From NCBI RefSeq assembly GCF_041146345.1, contig NW_027191405.1, forward strand, positions 1,984,001 to 2,021,028: a stretch of 37,028 bases of DNA, given 5' to 3'. The stretch comes from Neodothiora populina. Its lineage: Eukaryota. The notes beneath the pieces were generated by a model. The model was not told the DNA's origin, did no database searches, and worked only from the letters and a program-made list of their open reading frames with translations. Made by a program: the position numbers and the translations under genes. Shown here piece by piece: positions 1-10,803 of this stretch. Numbering within the stretch: position 1 is the stretch's first letter; the number at the start of each line of letters is the position of its first letter.

Positions 1-440
1 TCCATCACAACCCTGAAAACCGCTAGTTTCGGCTTGTGTTCTCATGTACACGAATTGTGATCCATGATAGGTGGAGTGAAGCAAAGTACTGTGTGGTAGA
101 GGATACCTTGGCAACGCGACTCGTTCGGGGGAACTACAAACCGTGCCCCACATAAAGCAGAGTCATCGCTCATTGGCTCAAGCATCGGGTCTCAGATCCC
201 CGAGATCTGTGGAAACACTACTTGTGATTGGACCATGCTTCGGGTCCGTAATAGCATCTCGATAAGATCTCAGTACGGCCGAGCAGAGAGAATCATTGCA
301 TATTTCATAGACGGGGCACACATATATAACGAGCATGTCTCGTTTGAAGTGTTTACATGTGCAATCGAACACAATAGTCTTATTCGTCTTACGCACAGCA
401 GTCGTCACTTACACATCGCTCTATCTTATCTTCTTCTACA

Positions 441-1700
441 ATGCGAGTCTTGATCAGTGGCGCGGGTATTGCTGGCCCCACGTTAGCTTTCTTCCTACGG
501 AGAATCGGTGCCCACGTCACCATTGTAGAGAAGAGTCCATCTTTGCTACCTCATGGACAAAATGTCGACATCCAGGGCAGCGCGATCTCAGCCATTAAGA
601 AAATGGGATTGATCGACCAAGTACGACGACTGAACACCGGGGAAAAAGGTACACATATTATTGGCCAGAACGGACAGCCATTCGCGTCGTTTCCCGTCAT
701 GGAAGGGTGCTCGGCTAGCCCCAGTTCGGAATTCGAGATCCTCCGTGGAGACTTGGCGGCGGTCCTCTATGACGCTACCAAGGACCAACCAAACACTGAC
801 TACCTATTCGACGCTACCATCAGAGAAGTCATCTCTAATGCTGATGACTCGGTCGGAGTAGCCTTGAGTAATGGCGAGACACGGGACTTTGATCTCTTAG
901 TTGCAGCAGATGGGCAGTGGTCAAAGGTGCGAAAGCAATGTTTCCCTTCAGAGTCCATTTCTGTAGTGGAAACAGGCATGTATGCTGTTTACTGGACTAT
1001 TCCACGTTTGCCGAGCGACAACGATTGGTGGAATGTCTATGTGGCTCTCAAATCAAGAGTTGTCACCGTACGTCCCGATCCACACGGAACCATGAGGGCA
1101 ATGTTCACTTGCATGCCCTCTAGTCCTGCTCAGAAGAGAGCTTGGCTAGAGGCATCAAAGGGTGGTAGACAAATGCAGGAAGACCTTCTCAAAAGGGAGT
1201 TCTCTGATGCAGGGTGGCAGACGAAAAGACTGTTGGCATCTATGGACCAAGTAGCCGACTTCTACTTCCAGCATGTGCAGCAAATCAAGATGACTAGATG
1301 GTCAAGATCACGTGTTATTTGTTTGGGAGATGCCGCCTATGCGCCAACGCCTCTGACAGGAATGGGCACTTCACTAGCTATCATCGGGGCATACGTTCTT
1401 GCAGGAGAACTGAGCCGATTGGATCACGGCGCACACCCTTCAAGAGCGCTCGAAGCTTACGAACGCACTTTCCGTCCCTTTGTTGAACGGATACAAGACA
1501 TTCCATTCTTCATCCCAGGCGTCATGCATCCCCAGGCATCGTGGAAGCGGAAGATATTGCAGACTTGCATATGGTCAATTTCTAAACTTGTGTCGTTCGA
1601 ATGGTTGATGGACAGATTGCCAAGCCCTGAGGACCATGACGAAGGTTTTTCTCTGCCATACTACCCTGCTCTGGAGTCTCAGCTGGAGAGGTGCCAATGA
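441..1700 (+). CDS. FAD-dependent monooxygenase (group A flavoprotein hydroxylase family), single exon, 419 aa
   Basis: N-terminal GAGIAG dinucleotide-binding motif, DLLVAADG motif and CLGDAAYAPTPLTGMGTSLA motif; intact ORF. Confidence 0.9.
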   Translation: MRVLISGAGIAGPTLAFFLRRIGAHVTIVEKSPSLLPHGQNVDIQGSAISAIKKMGLIDQVRRLNTGEKGTHIIGQNGQPFASFPVMEGCSASPSSEFEILRGDLAAVLYDATKDQPNTDYLFDATIREVISNADDSVGVALSNGETRDFDLLVAADGQWSKVRKQCFPSESISVVETGMYAVYWTIPRLPSDNDWWNVYVALKSRVVTVRPDPHGTMRAMFTCMPSSPAQKRAWLEASKGGRQMQEDLLKREFSDAGWQTKRLLASMDQVADFYFQHVQQIKMTRWSRSRVICLGDAAYAPTPLTGMGTSLAIIGAYVLAGELSRLDHGAHPSRALEAYERTFRPFVERIQDIPFFIPGVMHPQASWKRKILQTCIWSISKLVSFEWLMDRLPSPEDHDEGFSLPYYPALESQLERCQ

Positions 1701-1844
1701 TAATGCGTTCATACTGCTGCTATGGATAATGCTACAAGCTTCAACAAAACAGAAGACGTTGCTTTCGTTATTCCTATCTCTGTACCAATATGCTCTTATT
1801 AGATTCAATAGCTAGTTAACTCAAGTCGTTACTAAGCGTTCTGC

Positions 1845-4800
1845 TCAGGACCATAGTATCAGGGGTTTCGATCGATGAGTCGCCAATTCTTCGATGGTCG
1901 CAGCCAAATCTTGAAGGGCTTGCTCAACAAATGCTTTGTTGTTCTCGTTACCGACTACCCCGACCCTGGTTTGTCCATTTCGAACGAACGACACAACCTT
2001 GAATGGTTGAGGTGAGTCACCGTGCGGATTAGATATCTCCACTCTACAGGTGGTCCCAGCGAAAGGCATCGTATCGAAGTCCTCGACATCTTGATGGTGG
2101 ACAACTGAGTCAAAGAATTGAGTCTCCGCTGACCACTGCGTACACTCCTTAGCTATCTTTGTGAAGCCGACAAAGTCATGTGCTGCGGATTCAGAAGACT
2201 GTGTCTGTACAAAATCCAAAAGATCATCGCCTGTCCACTGTGACTCGAATGACACCCTGACAGGGGTGAATTGGTAAGTTGGACCCATGACATCATGCAC
2301 TGCTGTTGATCCGATTTGTCGGCCTGATGTTATGTTGCCGAACGTCACATCTGAAGACTTGAGACGACGAGCGAGCAAGAGTGCCCAGGCCGCGGTCAGC
2401 AAGTTTGCAATGGTAATTTCTTGTGGGCGTCCAGAGATGTTGACTGGCTTCTCAAGGAAAATTCCTCGGTCCGTGGAGTCCACGGATGTCCCGGCCATAG
2501 TGGAAATCGACGAGCCATGCAAAAGGGTGCGCCAGTACTTCAGTGCTGCATCCGTTGCAGGTCCTCTTCCACAACGCGCAATGTACGATGGATAAGATTC
2601 AAACTCTGAGACCCTATGACCCTGGTACAAAGTCTCCAAATCTCGGAGGAGCCTGGGTAAGGATTCGCCATCGTATTGTGCATGAGATAGTCTCAGTATA
2701 AGACAATTCTGGTCGTCATCCCCTTCAACGAAGATGAATTGGAGGAAAGGGGATCCTAAAGCGAGGTCACTCTCGATGTCGGCCTCGTATAGGATAGAGA
2801 CATGCTCCTCGAAATCTTCAGGAGCATCAATCACCGCCAGAGGTGCTTCTAATTCGGTCAGGACCACTTGTAGGAGATCGTTTTCATGCTGGATGAACAC
2901 GGTACGCAAAATGTCATGAGTGCTGATGAGTTGATCACATGCACGCATCAAAGATTCTCGGTCAATACCACGTCCGAAATATTGCATAGTGTACTGAACA
3001 GACGTTTTCGGTGCTCGAATGGTTTGTCTGACGTCGATTACTTGTGAGTCAGTTGCCCGGCATACATCTTGTATGGCCCAATAAGGATCAGCAAGTCTGG
3101 GACGGACTATTTCAGATAGGAAAGACTCGCGATCCACAGGACCCAGTGTCGAGAAGGGTTCGTAGCGGTGGACTTCCTCTTTAGCAACATGGTCCACTTT
3201 CAAAACCTTTGCCGCGTCTCTAAGACGCATGTGTTGAAAGATGTTGGCTACTGTCAGCACATGTCCTTGTCTACGAAGACTTGAAGTCAGCTTCATTGCC
3301 AGTACAGAATCACCGCCAAGGCGAAAGAAGTTGTCGTCAACATCAATTTGTTCTGGCTTCATCCCAAGTATTGTTGCCCACGCGGACAGCAAAATGCTCT
3401 CCGAGCTTGTCAGGTTCACTCGTGCTAGTGCTTTGGACCATGTATCCTGGAAACCTGCATGGAGCTCCAACATGGTATCTTGAGGAATAGTAGATGCCAA
3501 GTCGTTCAGCAGAGTGTGGTCGTCGATATCGACTCCCACAGGAATTTTGTCAACAATGACATATGCGGATGGGAGCATATACGATGGTAGAGCGTCTTTT
3601 ATCGACTTATCGACCTTTTTCACAGCGATTGCAAGTTCGATTGATATCTCGCCATGGATGGTTATCTCGGTTGCTGATGTCCCAGCTTCCATGGAGATGG
3701 TATGGTCCTTCGACAACAATTTCACCCTCTGTTGATGAGAATGCTGCATCTCTATGAAGACCACAAGCTCGGGCTCGAGCGTCCGATGTTTGTTGTCTGA
3801 TACCGGTTGACGTATTGCTGCAGTAGCCAAGGTATTGGGCGGCAGACTTCTCGAGAAATACTTCTCAAGTTCTGCAGTGTCCACAGCATGACCGTGCACA
3901 GGAATAACCTTGTCTTTTCGGCCGACAAACACCAGGCTGCCATCGTCTTGTAGCCGAACCAGATCACCAGTGGGAGAAACGACTCCCGCACGTCCAGCAT
4001 GAGCCACAGTCCCAGTCGTGAGCCAGATGGGAGTGACACCAGTTCCAGCGGGGAAGAACGTACTCTCGAGCCAGAGCTCTCCTATACAGCCAATAGGCGA
4101 TAATCGTGTCGCATCTCTGGCATCACACACCCAGGGTACAACTGCGCGAGGATAAACTGACCCTTGCATTATGTTGGTGTTCGTACGTAATCTCTCCGAC
4201 GATACCTCCAAAGCCAGTGGGGGAGTGTGGTTCCACTGCCAGATCTGGTTCAACTCAGCCTCGGGTAAGCACGATAGTTCATTGACGGAGGCGGTCAGAT
4301 TGCGCGTAAGCTGCTCGCATGCTTTCTCTAGCTGCGCTAGGACTCGCTCCATCTGGGCAATACCAACGAGGCTACTGTCGAAATTTGCCCGGATTCTGAC
4401 CCCGCCCTTCCGCAGCCCAAACGCCAACATGACTGGGTAGGGATTGAAGTGCAGAGCTTCACGTACAACATCGCCAGTCTCGAAGCCAAGCTCGCTGCCT
4501 TCGTAATCCGGCTCCGGTTGGATGACCAGGCCTGTACCAGCTTCGCATGCATATTGAGCATCTTGACTGACTTTCCTGATGTATTGCATACCCAGGTGCT
4601 GATATGGAGTACGTGCCAACATGCTTTGTTGTATTGCAGCTAAATAGCTTTCTACAGAGCGCGTGCGGTATATGCGGATTCGTACAGGCACTGTTGCGAT
4701 CAGTGGTCCAATGATGCCCTCAACACCGGGCAGCTCAATGTCTCGTCCGGTAAGTGTCTCGCCAAACACGACGTCGTCGTTGCCGGTGTACTGCGACGCT

Positions 4801-7800
4801 ACAAGTGCCCATGCACCTCGAATCAGAGTCGCAATGGTGAAAGGAGATCCTGAAGCTACCGCGAGATCGACTGATCGCTCGATTGTGGAGTCTGGTTGGG
4901 GGAGGTAGTCTCGTGAGGGCAGGCGTGGAAACTGAGGTCCAACTGCGCCATTCAACTCCGTTCGCCAGAAATCCTGAGTTGCGCTTTCACCGATATCGTG
5001 AACAAATCGCACGAAATCTCTCATCTGCACACCAGATTCAATGCATTTTCCTTGCAGAGCGTCACTGACTTTTTGCAGTACTAATGGCTCAGACCAACCG
5101 TCATAGAGGACGTGATGAATGGTCCAGATCATGTATCTATTGCCACTGCTCTCGTCAGTCACGATAGCATAGCGAGCTAGACTTTGGCCAAGGTCCATTC
5201 TCTCACTGCGATCCTGTTCGAGGTATAGTTGCAGATCATTGGAATATCTCCATGCGATCGTATCTTTCAACACAACTTGCTGGAGTCCAGGTTCCTGGAG
5301 CTGTGCGAGACGAGTCCGTAGGATAGGGCTCGAGACAACGACCCTGTCCCAGGCTGACTTCCAGGAATTGAGCTCAATCGATAAAGGTATAAGCGCAATC
5401 CTTTGAGCAACATAAGGCTTAGTCGACTTGAGCGAGAAGGTAAACAGTGACTCTTGCGTAGGTGTGCACGAGTATATGTCCTCGATTGCTGTAGGCCTTG
5501 TTCCGCAAGCAATTGACGCCTCCAAAGAAAGACTCTCAAGATCGCGAGATATCATAGAGAATTCTCTGATCTCACACTGCTCCTCGGGCCTATTGAACTG
5601 GACAGTGCTGGCCATGCCTGAGAGTGTTGGACTTCCGAACGTATTGATGACTGTGAGTGTGAGACCTTGCACTCTACAGACGGACACGAGTCTCATTGCC
5701 GCCAAAGAATCTCCACCCAGTGCGAAGAAATTATCATTTTGGCCAATAGCTTCAGCATCAAGTTTGAGAATTTCTGCCCACGCATCACGTAGCCGTGTCT
5801 CCGAATCAGTCAGGTCACCAGAAGAAGGTCCGGAATCTCCCTCATCCAGCTGTCGTAGGTCCACTTTGACACCGAACTCTCTGAGGCGTTTACGATCAGT
5901 CTTGCCAGAGATCAACACAGGAATCCAGTTGACTGATACATATGCAGTCGGAACCATGTACCGCGGGAGGACTTCTGCAATAGCATGCTTGGCCCGCGTC
6001 AACCTTTCGCGGAGTCCAGGTTCAGGTTGCACCAATATCAGATCGGTATCTTGGGGCGCTTCAGTGGAATCAGACGCCACAAATACCACCAAGATAGGTT
6101 GACCGGCGGAAGATTGAGGCACTATAACTTCTGCGATGACATTTATATCTGAGGGCAAGATGGCCTTGAGTTGACTCTCAATTTCACCAAGTTCGACGCG
6201 CTGACCACGTAATTTGACCTGCGTATCTTTTCGCCCGACGAAAATAATACCTCCAGAACCATCTGGATCGTATCTGCCAAGGTCACCAGTCTTGTAGAGG
6301 CGTCCTTGTCGACCACTGAAGTGCTTGTATCCGGACAGAAGCCACGGTGGATCTTCGATGAACGCTGCCGCGGTCTTGTCCGCGTCATTCAGATAGCCTT
6401 GTCCGACGATAGGGCCCTCGACCAGCAATTCACCTACGGCACCGACCGGCATGAGTACATTGTGGTCGTTTGGGTCAACCACCCACATAGCAGCGCCGTT
6501 GCCGGTTCCGATTGAAATGTATCTCCTGCCTGTGGCAGCACTGCTGTTGACTGTACAGCCAATTGTGCACTCGCAGGGGCCATAGCCTATGATTATCCTG
6601 GTGTCTCGTCCCCACATTGCAACATCTCTCGCTGACACAGCCTCGCCTCCGAGGCCGAGACCATCTAACGACTTTATGACGTCTGGACTCAAGATTCGAG
6701 CGACTGAAGGCGTCAGACCAGCGTATGTGACTCCCATCCTTCGCATTGCTTCGTTGATATCGTTGAGTCTGGCCTCGTCAGAGGGAATACAAAGGCAGCC
6801 GCCGTTGCCGAGGGTCAGGAGCATGCTGTCGATGCTTACGTCAAAAGCATAAGATGCGAAGTCAAGGACTCGGGAATTGTCGGCATAACCCACGGCCTTC
6901 GCTCGAGGAATAGCACTGCTTGTATAGGTTTCGTGGGAGATCTTGACCCCTTTTGGGGTGCCGGTACTTCCGGATGTAAATATAATGTACATCAAAGTAG
7001 AAGGCGGCACGGACTGTAAGTTCTTCGAAGAATATGGTTGTGGGATGTGAGTGAATGTTTCCTCTTCCACAACAATCAAGAGACCGTCTGGATGAATAGC
7101 CTTTGATAGACCCTGCTGCTGGCGAGATGCTACAATAAGTTTTGCATCGACTTGTCCGGCCATATTCTGAAGGCGCCCAAGCGGCAGAGTCGGGTCCATC
7201 AATACAAAAGTTGCCCCGGCTTTCATTACTGCGAGCACAACAACAATGGTCCATCTCGATTTCTCAAAGCATACTGGTACAATCTCATGTGGCTGAACAC
7301 CTGTCGTTACGAGCGTATCTGCTAGAAATGTAGAGTATTGGTCAACTTGGGCATACGTCAGAGTGCCGTCCCAGGACGAGATCGCTTCTCTGTCAGCAAG
7401 CCTCTGTGCCAATCCCGAGATCTTTTCATGCATGCAAAAACTGTACGCAGTAGGTAGTGTATGATTCCATTGCCATATTTCAGCCATATCATATGCAGTA
7501 GGTCGAAGGCTGTCCTCGATGGACGCTTCTGGATTGGAGATACACATCTTCGCAGTGTCGGCAAGTGTGCGGATATAGCGAGTCACCGCAGCTAGCAAAA
7601 CATCCACGGTGTGCCACAACGGCCGTATCGCAATATATCCATTCACGAGGCGCAGCTCAAGATGAAGCACACCCTTGAAAATTAGCGACTGGAGCGAACT
7701 AACAAAGTAAGCTCACTTACAACTTCTTCCACCTTATCGGAAGTCTGCGATAGGGTACTAGTACTTAGGATGATCGATATGGTACCAGAGTCGGCCTCGA

Positions 7801-8173
7801 TCTGCTCTTGGCGACTCGCAGCGAGGTAAGAAGATATTGCTGCAAGAGTATCTTTGACAGGACTTTGCAGATTCACAATCACGTCTTTCATCGCCAGGCG
7901 TCTTTTATTCGTGGACTGCGGTACCAGTGGATCTTTCCGCGTGTCGTAAGCCCAATCAAAGGATATATCACTGTCCTCTCTGGACCGCAGAAGCACAATA
8001 ACCCACGATAGAAGTACGACATCTTCTCTCATGCCGGTTGGAAAAGTGATCTGACTGGAAGGAAGGCCCTGGACTTCGAACATTTCAGCGCCGGCATGGT
8101 AGGTATGAGCCGTTGCCTGCACATTCACAGAGCCATTTTCTCCCTCTTCTTGACTGTGTATGTCAACTATCAT
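1845..8173 (-). CDS. sidD: Extracellular siderophore NRPS, SidD/NPS6 type (A-T-C-degenerate A-T-C), about 2093 aa; exons 8173-7721 and 7673-1845
   Basis: A-domain cores YIIFTSGSTGTPKG, GYGPCE, GELLVEGP, LYKTGDL, GRKDTQVKLRGQRVELGEIE; two T motifs (FFALGGDSL, FFRLGGDSV); two C motifs (HHVLYDGWS, SHAQYDGES). A 47-nt phase-0 intron 7720-7674 (GTAAGT...GCTAAT...AAG) joins the two ORFs in frame. Siderophore gene context. Confidence 0.93.
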
Positions 8174-8626
8174 GGCCGCAAGTTAGAGTGGTTAGCCTTC
8201 ATAAGCTGTTAGAGAAAGTAGGGAAGAGCTCTAGCAGAGGCTGATAGTCGTAGAAGAATACTTGCCGAGCATCATATCGATATAATCAGTCCATACTTCC
8301 TCTCTACTTGCCCTCGGTAAGAGATCATAGCGAATAACAAGGCGTTCCGGTTGATCATGCATAAAGGTCCGAGCGACATCGGCAACGCAGACGGCTACGA
8401 ACGCGCTCCAACGCAGAGCTGCTGCGGAGCTCGCGTGTAGAAGCACATATCCTGCGATGGTAAGGTAGCCTACCTTGCTTTAGTTCACCATGTTGCACAT
8501 CCTAAGGTATGGCGCGGAGGAGGTGACGCCAACGTCTCATCGTCGAAGTGTCACACACGAGCGCACAGACCTGCAGCCGACAAGGAACCAAGTCAAGGGC
8601 ACACTTTCCTCAGCAACACTAGAATC

Positions 8627-8635
8627 TTATCTGAT
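8627..8635 (-). promoter_or_regulatory. SreA-type GATA site (ATCAGATAA on minus strand)
   Basis: TTATCTGAT on plus; exact match to the ATCWGATAA iron-repressor consensus, in the sidD/sidJ divergent promoter. Confidence 0.75.
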
Positions 8636-8692
8636 GTAGGACAAGGGTCCGAAATAAATCCTCGTGTTTTGGAGCACAATTTAAATAAGGTT

Positions 8693-8701
8693 TTATCAGA
8701 T
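8693..8701 (-). promoter_or_regulatory. SreA-type GATA site (ATCTGATAA on minus strand)
   Basis: TTATCAGAT on plus; second exact ATCWGATAA match in the same promoter. Confidence 0.75.
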
Positions 8702-8975
8702 CCGACGACTCGGTATTTCTAACCGGTGATCGGCGCTCTCTTATTGGTTGGGAACCGCAGTGCAGGAAGCGTTTCTATACATGATCGTGTCGGAATTTCT
8801 GTTACGTGCCGTATGCAAGTGCAACAAACTACTATCTGTCTAGTTCGAAGTCTAGCCACCTTAGCTTTGCCTCAAGGCGTAGTGGGTATTTCGCTAGCGT
8901 ATCCTGCGACACGGTCCAAGAGTGGACCTCAACGAACAGGCCCCTTAGTCTAATGGGCTAAACTAGCGCACAATC

Positions 8976-8992
8976 TAATCAGATGATCAGAT
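8976..8992. promoter_or_regulatory. Tandem ATCWGAT motif (TAATCAGATGATCAGAT)
   Basis: Two ATCAGAT cores spaced by 1 nt; the same 17-mer pattern recurs at 15461-15477. Confidence 0.55.
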
Positions 8993-9307
8993 TTTCGGAA
9001 TCGATCGCAGTGTTCTCGACGAGTCCATGGTCGGCCCTCGATGACCGCTCGAATTGAGTCTGCCAGGGAACTCGGGCCTGATGCCGTAAAGAAAGCGCTT
9101 TAGAACACGTTGCACTGTAGCCGGGTAATCCCGCTGGAGTCTGCCAGTCTCGCACCATTGGATAACGAACATGATTCTGACGCCCATCAGTCCACCACCA
9201 AGGTGACTCACCCAGCAAGGCCTCCAACAAGTCCACTGCTCTTACTCTGTCGTGTGAACGACTGAAAACCTCGAGTTTTATCACTTGAGATTCCCCCGAG
9301 TCACGAT

Positions 9308-10451
9308 ATGTATTCCAAATTTTGGCCCAAGGGAGGTCTGCCAGGAATCTTGCATCATTATGTACGCTGTCTTAAGTTCCTTCGTCAGCAAATCTATTGC
9401 CCACGCCTCCAATTGAGCTGACACATCCCACCGTGGCATATAGACGGAGAGCCTTGTGACCTTCGAATATACCTCTGGTACTGTTCGTAAACCCCATAGT
9501 GTGCTTTTTGTCGGGGGTTTAGGAGATGGCCTTGCCACAACTTCTTATACCGCTGATCTTGTGCGCGCGTTAGAGCTCTCTGGATGGTCACTCTTCACGT
9601 TGACACTCACGTCCTCCTATCAGTCTTGGGGTCTTGGGCATCTCGATCGAGATGCAGATGAGATTGCCCAATGCCTGCGGTACATTCGAGACTACAAGAG
9701 TAGCAAATTTGGTGACGGCAAAATTGTGCTCTTTGGGCACTCGACAGGTAGTCAAAATGTCCTACACTATTTGTACCGATCGAATCCGCACGATAGTGTG
9801 CCAACGTTCGATCCGGAGTTGCAGCATGTCAAGCGTCTGCCGCTCGATGGCGCGATCATGCAAGCACCAGTATCTGACAGGGAAGCAATCCTGTACGTGT
9901 TGAGAGAAGGCTGGATAGGGAAATCACCCAGTGAGGTGCAAGAGGTCTACAGGAAGTTGGTTGCCATGGCACGAGAAGCTGTGCACCGGAATGAGCCTTA
10001 CGATACCCTCCTGCCCTTGTCGATGACCCCTCAAATTGGTTATCCAGCAAACACCCCAATCAGCTGCCGAAGATTTCTTAGTCTTGTCAGCCCAGATAGT
10101 CCTCAATCACCTCAGGAAGACGATTTGTTCAGTTCGGACCTGAGCGATGAGCAATTGGCCAAAACCTTTGGCAAGATTCGTGAGCAAGGCTTGTTGAAGC
10201 ACAAGCTATTGGTTCTACCATCTGGATCTGATCAATCGGTTCCTGAGTGGGTCGACAAGGCAAAGCTATTATCTCGATGGAAGGCAGCGACGAATCATAA
10301 TGACGAGTCTCAAATCTGGGACGAAGAACGAAGTGGCCCAATCCCGAATGCTTCCCACGCCTTGAGCAATGATGATCAAGCCGAGCCACGTCAATATCTT
10401 GTGGGAAAAGTCTTAGGATACCTGCACTCTGCCGAGGCGGTCGATGATTGA
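9308..10451 (+). CDS. sidJ: SidJ-like siderophore (fusarinine C) esterase, alpha/beta hydrolase (DUF1749-like), about 353 aa; exons 9308-9361 and 9444-10451
   Basis: Spliced N-terminus MYSKFWPKGGLPGILHHY|TESLVTFEY; FVGGLGDG oxyanion region; GHSTG nucleophile elbow; DDLFSSDL and ASHAL motifs. GT-AG intron 9362-9443 with GCTGAC branch site. Confidence 0.88.
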
Positions 10452-10803
10452 ACTTCCCATCAATGTAACGGTATTATGCGTTCAATGTCTGCAAAGATGT
10501 AGCCTTAGTTCATGGATAGAGAAAACTTGATCACTTCATGATGCACTTGTTATATTCTAAAGTGGCGGAAAACTGATTTGAAGCGATGTGATATTAGAGT
10601 GTTCGGGGAGACTTCCCATATATAGCCTAAGTACTTTCCATTGCTGGTGGCGCGATGAGAGAACCTCGACCCAGGACGCGGATGATAAAGAAAACTGGCT
10701 TGCAATTACTTGCGTCTTAACGGAGCAATCTAGTAATTGACTTTTGTTCTCGCAGGTTCAATAACATCCTCAATAATTTCGATGCTGTATTGTGCCTCCT
10801 ACA

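Noticed and set aside
441..1700. Monooxygenase as sidA
   Set aside because: Motifs are those of group A aromatic-hydroxylase-type enzymes; no second NADPH-binding Rossmann or ATGY motif typical of N-hydroxylases.
5428..6102. 224-aa plus-strand ORF
   Set aside because: Antisense shadow of the NRPS coding frame; no motifs.
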